Positions 47,691 to 58,230 of a stretch of DNA of 64,000 nucleotides are shown here, piece by piece. Location of the stretch: assembly GCF_041146345.1 (NCBI RefSeq), contig NW_027191408.1, positions 1,302,001 through 1,366,000 on the forward strand, in the 5' to 3' direction. How positions within the stretch are numbered: position 1 is the first letter of the stretch; every line of letters starts with the position of its first letter. The position numbers were made by a program, and so were the translations under genes. Below the pieces are notes generated by a model. That model was not told the origin of the DNA and did not search any database. It saw only the letters and a list, made by a program, of their open reading frames with translations. This DNA comes from Neodothiora populina (Eukaryota).

Positions 47691-49757
47691 ATGTCTCCGG
47701 TCCATCCTTTAACGAATCTCTCCATCGAGGAGACCAAGCAAGCTCGAGATATTGTTCTGAGCCATCACCCAGATGAAGTCATTGATTTCAGGGAAATCTT
47801 TCTCAAGGAGCCTGCTAAATCAGAGCTGATCGAGTTTCTCGACCTGGAGCATTCTGGTAGCCTAACAGCATCATCTCCTCGACCTGCTCGCTTGGCTAAA
47901 TGCCAGTACGATGTCATTGGCGCGGACAGAATACCTTATTACCACGAGTCCATCGTAGACGTGGCGAAGGGTGATCGAGTCAAGCATGAAATCATTGGTA
48001 AAGAGCACCAGGCAGCCCTTACGCTTGATGAATTCGACGTCCTAGTGGATGCCTGTAAGCAATCCAAGATGTTCCAAGATGCTCTCTCGGAGTTCGAGCT
48101 CCCACAAGGCTTCGAAGTGGTCATCGAGCCGTGGCCTTATGGAGGTCTTGATACCACCGATGAGCACAGGCGATACTTTCAAGGCCTCATCTTTGCTCAG
48201 GATCTTCGCAATGGAAATCCGGACTCGAATTTCTACGCATTTCCTTTGCCGTTGATCCCAATCATGGACGCCCATAAGCGAGAAATCATCCGAATTGATA
48301 GACTGGCTACAGGAGGTAAAGGAGATAGCCTCGACGGCAAAACGAACTCCAAGAAGATTCTGGAGCACTGCACGAATGCCGAGTACGTCCCTGAGCTTCT
48401 TCCCAACGGGACCAGAAACGATCTAAAGACTCTCAACGTCATCCAACCTGATGGTCCCTCATTCACCGTGTCAGACGATTCTTTGATAGAATGGCAGAGA
48501 TGGCGATTCAGAGTGTCATTCAACCCTCGCGAAGGAGCTGTCCTGCATGACATCCATTACGATGGCCGAAGCATTATGTATCGACTCGCCATTAGTGAAA
48601 TGACCGTCCCATATGCAGATGCTCGTGCTCCCTTCCACAGGAAACAGGCTTTCGACTTTGGTGACGGCGGCGCGGGTAATTGTGCCAACAATCTCTCTCT
48701 CGGATGTGATTGCCTTGGTGTGATCAAGTATTTCGATGCTTGTCTCATCGATGGCAAAGGCGATGTCAAAGAGCACCCCAACGTGATCTGTCTTCACGAG
48801 CAAGACGAAGGTATCTTGTTCAAGCACACCAATTGGAGGACAGGCCGCGCTGTTGTGACGAGAAGCAGGGTACTGGTTGTCCAATTTATCATCACACTGG
48901 CCAACTACGAGTATATTTTCGCCTACAAATTCGATCAAGCTGGCGGCATTGACATCGAGACAAGAGCGACTGGTATCGTCAGCTGCGTGAACATCGATCC
49001 AGGCAAGACGAGTGACTACGGCAACGTGGTCAACCCCGGCGTTCTTGCCCAGAACCATCAGCACATCTTCGCCATCAGACTAGATCCCGCTGTTGATGGC
49101 CACAAAAACACAGTCATGATGGAGGAGTCACATAGAGTCCCCATAAACCCACGAACGAACCCTAAGGGCAACTATTATGAAGTTCACAAGACTCCTATCA
49201 CGCAGTCTTCCTATGCGGATGCTGAACCCATGAACAACCGGGTCTTCAAAATTATCAACTCATCAAAGCAGAACAAGATCAGTGGTAACCCTGTGGGATA
49301 CAAGCTTACGCCTCCCGCCACGCAGTTACTGCTTGCAGATCCCGAGTCAGTACAGTCTAAGCGTGCATCTTTCGCTCAACACCATGTGTGGGTGACGAAA
49401 TACAAAGACGATGAGCTGTACGCAGGCGGCCGATTCACTCTGCAATCAACAGAAGAGATCGACGGTGTAGCCGACGCCGTGGCCCGCGGAGACAACGTCG
49501 AGAACGAGGATGTCGTGGTCTGGTCCGTCTTTGGACTTACACATAACCCTCGAGTCGAGGTACGTATCAATGTTGTGAATGAACGCTGAACACTGGACTG
49601 ACCATGCGAATTATAGGACTGGCCAGTCATGCCAGTCGAGATCCACCAGATTCACCTTAGACCTGCAGACTTCTTCGAGGCGAATCCATCCTTAGATGTT
49701 CCGAGCAATAAGAATCTCGCGAGCCAGGAGGTTTACAAAGATTCGTGCTGTGAGTAG
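47691..49757 (+). CDS. Copper/TPQ amine oxidase, intron 49560-49616
   Basis: TPQ consensus ANYEY, Cu ligands NHQH and LTH, KQAFDFGD (catalytic Asp), LGCDCLG. Exon 2 reads DWPVMP...PADFF..NP.LDVP. Confidence 0.96.
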
Positions 49758-50015
49758 AGTATGCGTAAGACTAGACTCCGGGTCGAGGAATGAGATTGCG
49801 CGAGGGGACTTCATGATACAAGATACGACAATGAATCTAAATTTAACGTCATGTGTTGAGAAAATCGTCTGCAATGATTTACCACAGCAAGTCCAAGAAC
49901 GACAACTCGCATAGTGCAATGATACTTCGATGTATATTTTAACGATTTGACCAAGTGAAACATAACGACAGCAACATAAAACATAAAAGTCATACATGGC
50001 ACAAAGATGACAACA

Positions 50016-51756
50016 TCAGGCCTTGGTCTCGACATCTTCCTTCGTCAGATCCTTCTCGAAGTCCTCTGAGACACCGACATCCTGTCCTTCGAAGACGACA
50101 TTATCAACTTCGCCAGCCTGATACTCAAACGGCAGCGCCCTGGCCTCCGCGACATTTGGTGGAGGGCTGATCTTACAGATGGTCGTATAAACAGTCATTG
50201 CCACAACAAAAGCAGTGAGATAACCAATATCGTAGATATGATACGCCGGGCCCGTGACGTCTTTCACACCTTTGACACCGAGACTGCCTAAGAATCCGGG
50301 AAAGGGCAGCGCAATACCACAGACGTATGCGGCGTATGCTCGCCAATGGAAACCTCCGGTGTACCAGTAACGGCCATTTGGATTGGTCGTGTACATATCG
50401 CTGACCCAGTAGTTGCCCTTACGCACGAAGAAGTAGTCGCTGAGCATGATACCAACCAAGGTAGACATAAAGATGCCGATGCCCGTAATGGCGGTGAGGA
50501 AGCTGGAGCCCGAGGTCATGATCTCCCAGGGCACCAAAGCCCAGCCGCCCACGAAGGCGCATAGCACAGCGGCACGGATGAAGTTCAGATGGCGCGGAGC
50601 CATAATGGTTGCATCCACTCCGAAGGGAAGAATGTTTGAGACATAATTTGTTCCCATGAGACCGATGACGAAGGTACATGAGCACAGAAAGACTGCGAAT
50701 TTGGTCTTGGGGGAGTTGTCCTCGACTAGGATCTGGTCGAGGATGAGGGCAGGCTCCCAGTATGCCTCACCGTATATCCTTTGAGTACAAGCAGCGGCAA
50801 CAATGCCGAGGAGCGCGACTACAGTGGCGGACCACGGCGCTACGAGGAGCTGTCCGATGACCTGGTCACGGTTGCGACGCGCGTAACGAGTGATGTCGGG
50901 TTCGGAAGCAATCAAAGGTCCAAACTAGAAGGGTAAAGTCAGCGAAACATCGTGTTGGACTGGGCAATCATCGACATACCTCGCCGTTGATGGCGGAGTT
51001 CATAGCAGCCATGAAGGTCCAGCCAAGGACACTGCTAGAGCTTGCAGATTCACTGAGAGCAATTGTGCCTGGGCCTCCTGAGCGGACAAGACACCATATG
51101 AACAAGCCGAACATTGCAATGGGCATCGTTATGGCCTTGAAGTAGAACAGCGGCTTCATCTCATGCGGCCGGAAAAAAGTGACAATCAGTTGAAAGGTCC
51201 AGAATAGAGCATAAGCAGCCATTTCCCTGGTTGTGGTTCCCGACGACTTGGGTAAGCTGTTGTGGATATTCCTCCATGAGTGGCCGAAGATGCACTGGAA
51301 CATGATGTCTAAGAATTGGCCTCCGAAGTACGACTGCACAGCAAACCACACGAGATCAAGTACCACACGGACAAAAACCGGGAAGTAAGCTCCTCGGATG
51401 CCGAACGTGGCACGAATCATCGTGGGAAAGTTGATGTGATACGTCGCGCCGGAACGACCATTCCATACAGTGATTCCAGAAGCGATGCCATGCCCAACGA
51501 GAACGGCCAGGAATGCCTGCCACCAGAGGAGCCCCCCTGCGACAAGAGAAGATCCGACAGCCCACGTGGATGCACCCCAGGACTCGCTGATCCACCAAGA
51601 TGCAAACGTCTGCCATTTCCATACCCTCTCCTCGAGAGGTACAGGCCGCAGGTCCTCGTTGATCAGTGAAGTTTTGTCGTAATCACCGATGTCCTTCATG
51701 CGAAGGCCATCAATGAAGCGGCTACGCAGCCTGTGCTTGATATTGAGTTGTACCAT
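50016..51756 (-). CDS. NCS1 nucleobase:cation symporter (Fur4/Dal4-like), intron 50925-50979
   Basis: NEDLRPVP..ERVWKW, WISES, YHINFP..RATFG..G, WFAVQ, DITRYAR, VPW, DYFFVRKG, YWYTGGFHWRA. Confidence 0.93.
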
Positions 51757-51906
51757 ATCGACTACCTAAACCTAGAGAAGTAGAGGAATCACAGAGTAGC
51801 CGTAGGACGGACGACAGCTGTTAAAAATATCAACGACCCGATGCCATCCCCATGATACTGGGGATCTTGTGCATATGTATGCACAAAGAACCAGCCTAGA
51901 ACATCA

Positions 51907-52117
51907 TGATAGGATAATGTTATCTTCAAGAGCAATGCAGAGCCTGTCTGCTCTGGGACTGATCCGATCCTGGCGAGATGATTGTGGATGCCCGCGTGGC
52001 GTCGGTGCAAAGATAGGAGCTCCGAAGGTGTGAGATAAGGTCTGCGGGACCCTGGAAATACGCCACTTGTAGTACACGTCCGTAAGCTTGGGTCGTAAAA
52101 CCCGTCCCAGCTTATCG
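51907..52117. promoter_or_regulatory. Cluster of HGATAR (AreA/Nit2-type) sites upstream of the NCS1 permease
   Basis: TGATAG 51907, TTATCT 51920, AGATAG 52011, AGATAA 52033, TTATCG 52112: five sites in about 210 bp. Confidence 0.6.
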
Positions 52118-52274
52118 GTTCGCACGTGGGAAAACGTGGGACATCCCACTAATGCGATGCTGGGACCTAGCAGGGTTCGTACAATGGTCGGTCTGCATAG
52201 AGGATGCGACTAAGCGCGCATGAGGAAGCGTACAGCGATTACTTCGATTTCATACAAAAGCTGAGCTGGTAATT

Positions 52275-53685
52275 CTAGATCTCGACTCTCTGACTAGCCG
52301 CTTCCGCGCAGCTCTCCATATCCGAAGAGTAAGGATAGTCTGTATATCCAACTTCCCGATCATCTGGAAATGGACCATAGAAGCGACTCCTGTCATACTT
52401 GTTCATAGGCTTTCCATCTTTCAACCTGAGACACAGTCAGTCGTAATATTCTCATAACAGACCTTGGATGGGACGGAATCGCACTCACCTCTCGACAAAA
52501 TCGGGATTCGCTAAGAAATGCCTTCCATAAGCAATCGCATCGTACTTGCCGGACTCGATGACACCCCAGCTGTTATCTTGATTCCAGCCGCCTGCGGTGA
52601 AGAAGGGTGTATCTCCCATGATCTCCCGGAACAAGTCCAAACTGATGCTATCAGGCGCCAACCCCCACGACTTGATGAATTCGTCTTTCTCCGCGTAGCT
52701 GTGGAATTGCTCGAAGCGAGGCTCAATGAAGTGGATATAACTCAGGTTGGGGATAGTCCTCTTCAGTTCCCTGCAGAGATATGACCACGTTTCAATCCTT
52801 TGCGTGCCTCTGGTCTGGTTGAACAACCCGAAAGGCGAAAGACGAATAGCACACTTTTCGGGTCCAATTGCTTCGGCAAGAGCAGTCATCAATTCCAGAG
52901 GAAATCTGCAGCGCTTCTCTGGAGTACCTCCATAAGCATCCGTTCTTTTGTTGATATTGTCATTGAGAAATTGTTCCGGGAGGTAGCCATTCCCTCCATG
53001 AACCTCAATACCGTCGAAACCAGCGTCAAGAGCCATCTTTGCAGCAGCAACGAATTCGCCTATAGTATCCTTGATACCCTGCTCGCTGAGCTCTTCCGGT
53101 GGGAAGTCTCTGTATAGAACTGGCGTTGACGAGAAAGGCGGCGGATGATGACTATACACATCACCCTCGATTGGCGAGACGCTCGCTGATACAGTGGGAG
53201 ATCCAGTGAGTTGCTGCACAGTCGTCCGTCCAGCGTGCCAAAGTTGTGCGTAGAAGATACCTCCTTTATCGTGGACCGCTTTTACCACTTTTTCCCAACC
53301 TTTCAAGTGCTCGGGAGCGAAAAGACCTGGTACGCCAGGCATTCCATTGGACTGAGACTGTTGTTTAGCTATACACTTTATATTCGCCAGTCGTAGAAAC
53401 ACGGACTTTTAGACTTGGAGGTATCCCCTCGGAGATCAGAAGCCCACCATCTGTTGTCCTCTGACTGTAATATTCAGTAACCAGCTCATCAGGCACCCAT
53501 ATGCGATTTGGATCCTCTGGCGTACTCTCTTTCAAGGGCACGCCTCGGTTCCGGGTCAGAGGCGCGTGGACCACCCGATGCTTCAAAGTCATCTTCCCAT
53601 TTGCAATACTCAATGGTTCAAAAAGCTTAGACTGCGCTCCCTTAGGTGCTTCAGAAGGCTTCAGGGTGAGGTTGGGTGCATCCAT
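52275..53685 (-). CDS. Old yellow enzyme / NADH:flavin oxidoreductase, 3 exons
   Basis: HRVVHAPLTRNRG, EYYSQR..GGLLISEG, QLWHAGR, GFDGIEVHGGNGYL (His/Asn/Tyr active site), NKRTDAYGG, YGRHFLANPD, GYTDYP. Introns about 53352/53358-53406 and 52426-52488. Confidence 0.94.
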
Positions 53686-54394
53686 AGTCTCAGCGTGTGA
53701 GTGAAAACGGTGATGCTAGGTGAAGTTGAGACAGAAAGAGTGCATACAGATGACCTACCGCATTTACTCGTCGACGTCGCGCGCATATTAATACAACCTT
53801 TGCCATAGTCAGCCGATTAAGCTGGTGGGATCTTCTTCTGCCCGCTCTTTCGCCGAGAACATTTTGTGGTATCGGTGCGGGCACGAATGATCTGCCATGA
53901 TCTACATTTCAATCGCTTTGCGCCGTCGGCCAAGCAAATATCAAGCTGATGCGGATCGGGCGTCATAACTGCCCCTCCTCCTTCACGGCAGCAGTGGCTC
54001 ATTCAGCGTCGCTTATCGCTGCCTGCAGCATAAGATTCCAGATAAGAGCTGAACTCTGGCGCCGATATTTATACATCAAGGTGTTCTTGCCATGCGATAG
54101 GCGTATGTACAGTACCTTAGGTAAGCGGCTCACATCGCAGATGCCGTCTAGCGTAAGGGAGCTGTGTCGCGTGAGATACTGTCGAACGAGTCAGATTGAG
54201 GTTATACCCCGCAGTCGGAAGCACGAACAGCGTCCTGCCTGTTTCTGGTCATTATTGATCATTTCTTGGTGAATCCTTTTACAATTTATCAGGTACCTAC
54301 CTAGTCATTAACCATTTCATCGGGGCGCCACGAATCCTCTGTGAATTACCATATTTATTGTCCAATGCATTTACTTTGTATGAACGTCCAAGGC

Positions 54395-56087
54395 CTATGC
54401 TTTCCAATCAAAATGCTCCTGCCATGCATGTCCAGCTCGCAAAACTTTCTCGTCCTGCCACATACCACTGATGATCTGCATACCGACCGGTAACATCACG
54501 CCAGCGTCGTCCGCTGCGGGTAAGAATCCTATAGGTATCGACATTGCGGGCTGGCCTGTCGCATCGAATTGAACAGTATTGGCTGTCAGACCCACGGTCG
54601 GAGCAATTGTTGCCAGAGGTGTAGTCTTGCTTCCATGTTTCGGTGCCACAAACGGGGTGGTTGGCGTGATCAGCACGTCGTAAGTCTCGAGTGCTTTTTC
54701 ATACTCGTGACGCAATTTGAGGCACAGATTCGTGCCTTTTGCGTATAGCGTCGGGAACTTGTCGACAAGATACTTGCCGTTCAGAAAGATGTTCTGAGTA
54801 GTCGGAAAGCCTGAAATCAATGATGAGCGTAAATCATGCTTAGGGATCAGTAACACCTACACTTCTCAAACTTGTCTTGGGTCCAAGGCAATTTCGCGTC
54901 CTCGAGACCAGTAAGGTGATATTGTCTTCTGCCATGCTGCAGTCCCATCAATGCAAGGTAACATGAAACTCGCTGTTGAATCGTCCAAAAAGCGTTCCCA
55001 GTAGGATGGAGAGGGATGGAGACCTCTTCTACAATGGCGCCAATGTCTCTGAACTTCTCCGCAGCTTGGAGGACCATTTTCTTGTAGCCAGCATCGAGTA
55101 AGCTCAACTCGAACGCCTCTTTAAGGATGCCCACTCTCAAGCCGCTGGCGCCGTTTTTGCCCTGTTTCTTAAGGTCTAAGGCAAATGTAGTACTGCCGTG
55201 CTTGGGCGCTCCAAGACTACGATCGTCGATTCCATCGTATCCAGATACAGCATCCAGGCACTGAGCGACTTCGAAGACTGTTCGTGCTAACGGTCCAGCA
55301 TGATCATCGATTGTATCATTACTTGCAATGCCAGTGTACGGGATGAGTCCATGCGAAGGCTTCAGTCCAACGCACCCACAAAGTGAAGCCGGTACTCGAA
55401 TACTGCCTCCTTGATCTGCGCCAATGCCGATATCCACAAGTCCAGCACCCACGAGGGCTGCTGCACCAGATGTACTTCCTCCAGCAGAGTAACCTTTTCC
55501 AAATGGATTGTCGACGATGCCCTGTGCACTGGAGAAGGAACTAGTGGATTGACACCAATTCTCACAGTGCGCGGTTCCAACAATCTCAGCACCGCTTTCC
55601 AATACCCATCGAACGACGGTCGCATCCGCTTCAGGAATCCAAGGATCGATGATGCTTGTACCGAGTAACTGCGGCACACCCTTCACGCAGATGCAGTCTT
55701 TGAGACATGCGGTTTTACCTGACAGTAGGCCATTGTTCTCCATACTGTCCTTTATCGTGAATGTATGCGCCCATGCATGTCCAAGTACGTTTTCGTCGGC
55801 TGTAGGGCGATGGACCTTGACACGAGGGAATCTCTCAATATCAGTAGGCGGGTGGAAGTCATCAAGAGCGGCCACACTTTCAGCGCAATCGTGTAGGGCT
55901 GCGAGCAGAGTGGTGTAGTCCTGTTCATGTTCCTTTGGTACACTGAAACCCAACTCCCCAAATGTATTGGTTACATCATTCGTGGATACGGTGTTAGTGC
56001 TGACAAGTTGATATCAGCTACCTGTGTTATTGTTCCACAAATGTATGCGGACACTTACTCGGAAATAGAAGTAAAAAGAACGGACAT
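54395..56087 (-). CDS. Amidase-signature family enzyme, 3 exons (introns 56000-56058, 54811-54860)
   Basis: Catalytic Lys in LKD, GGSTSG, GADQGGSIRVPA, GLKPSHGL, DHAGPLAR, TGQPAMSIP, LPVGMQI. Confidence 0.94.
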
Positions 56088-56818
56088 GATTAATGGGCTT
56101 TGATGTGTATGGAAGAACAACGCCTACCTGGAGATGCAGCTTTCTTTGAATAATTCTTTCTCATAGTCACAATACATGAGCCGCATTGAGATGGCCTACC
56201 CTGAACGGCGCCGACGATCGGCGCCGACAACTTGCTTTGAGATTACATACTTGATAAAGTATGGGAAGGATACCTTATGATATCTGGTGGGGGTGGTATC
56301 AGTGATCCCCGCCGTGGATGCTTCAACGAGGCGTGGGCCGGCTATAAGTTGGCCGTAGCCGGCCATACATCGGGTGCTCGACACGGGCTTATCAGTTGCT
56401 CTTCCTCGGACATCCGACAAGAGCTCAACGACTCGTCGGGCTCTCCAGTCATATCGTATGCATAATTAAGCAACCGATACAGATTTGATGTCCCTTGTAC
56501 AAATCACCCTCTATCTAATCGGATTCTAGGTCCATGAACAACATCTTGCCATGTGAGACGACTATGTACCTTCTTCATTCGGTCGAGTATCGGGTCACTT
56601 CGCCGCAGCTAGGCCACCATCCCATGGTTCATGGGAGGAGAGGAGCTGGCCATCATGGTCAGATCGCTGCCGAAAGCGGCGTGTTTGTCTGGTGTCCCGG
56701 TGAATCTCGAGGTAGTAACCATACTTGTATATAGTGTTCAGCTGCGGTGCACAGGTCGGTGGTCTGTCTCATTCTGTCTCCTAATATCTCTTCATATAAC
56801 GCTATTTGATCTCAAACC

Positions 56819-57929
56819 ATGTCTACTCCCGCACAACTTTCCGTAGACCCCAATACAGTCGCTGATTGGGAATGGAACGACAAATACGATTTCCCTAGAG
56901 ATCTCGTTGGCTATGGAGAGCAGTCGCATAACCCCCAGTGGCCAGGAAATGCTAAGATTGCTGTGTCGTTTGTCATCAATTATGAAGAGGTAAGAGCAGC
57001 TCCATTCCTTACAGGGTGGCCGTGATATGTTCTCATTGTGAATGCTTCTCTTATACTAACTTTGCTGGCAACCTTAGGGTGCGGAGAATACCGTCTTGAA
57101 CGGCGATATCCATAGCGAGAACCACCTGTGGGAAGCCCCTGGTGGACCCCCACATGTCAAGGAGCGCGCTGTGAACATTGAGTCCGAGTATGACTACGGC
57201 GCTAGAGCAGGAGTCTGGCGGCTCTTTCGTCTTTTCAACAAGCACAACATGAAGTTCACATTGTATGGAGTCGGTAAAGCCCTCGAGGGCAACCCTGCAG
57301 TGGCGAAATCATGTGTCGATAATGGGCACGACGTGGCTTCTCATGCTTATCGATGGATTGACTACCACAATTTCCCGCCTGAGAAGGAGAAGGAATACAT
57401 TCGCAAGGGCATCGAAAGTATCCAGAAGCTGACTGGAGAAGCACCAAAAGGATGGTATTACGGACGTCTGTCGCCACGATCACACGCCTTGGTCTGGGAG
57501 GTCTACAAGGAAATGAACCTGCCTCTGTTGTGGATGTCAGACTCATACGCCGACGATGTCCCTTACTGGAAAGACGTCCCTGCCGAGAAGGACGATCCTA
57601 ACCCAGAAGGCATGCTCATGGTACCATACTCATATGACTGCAATGACTACAAGTTCAACGTGCCGACTGGTTTCGGTGCGCCCATGGACTTCTACGACCA
57701 TGTCAAGGGCGCTTTCGACGTACTGTACGAAGAGGGCCAGGAAGGCAGCCCCAAGATGATGACCATCGGATTGCACTGCAGGTGCATTGGCAAACCTGCA
57801 AGGTTCGCAGCGCTGAAGAACTTCGTCGAGTATATTGAAAAGAAAGATGGTGTGTGGGTCACTACAAGAACAGCTATTGCCGGGCACTTCAGGAAAGAGT
57901 TCCCGTACAAGAAGGGCCAGCTCGCGTAA
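56819..57929 (+). CDS. PuuE-type (polysaccharide deacetylase fold) allantoinase/cyclic-amide-hydrolase-like protein, intron 56990-57077
   Basis: PRDLVGYG, WPGNAKIAVSFVINYEEG, ESEYDYGARAGVWR, SHAYRW (Glu/His/Trp in place of the Asp/His/His metal site), DSYADDVPYW, FDVLYEEG..PKMMTIGLH. No signal peptide. Confidence 0.9.
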
Positions 57930-58230
57930 AAAAATGGGAATGTAATACCATAATTTCATTGCTCCAACAGACATATAATGTACGCCCACTCAGAGACTTC
58001 CAATAGTCGTATAAAAGAATGCATCGTGGCACCATCAGTGAACTATGATCTCAAGACGAACCACAAGATAAACAAGATTCCCAATGTGTACAACGCTGGG
58101 GTAAAGTGGGGAAGGCGCCAAGCAGCAATCTCGACCACTTTGAGCAAGACGCGTGCTGAGGCGTGATACTAGTGACCAGTACGAGTGACGCGTTTGTTCG
58201 CCGCTTACATCGATGGATTGAAGTAGTAGA

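Noticed and set aside
49740..49800. Cryptic peroxisomal PTS1 on the amine oxidase via readthrough or alternative splicing
   Set aside because: The protein ends DSCCE*. Readthrough gives no SKL-like end nearby, and no plausible intron follows the GTGAGT.
42400..58100. Starship or other mobile island carrying the accessory block
   Set aside because: I saw no tyrosine recombinase, transposase, terminal repeats or obvious compositional shift at the borders.
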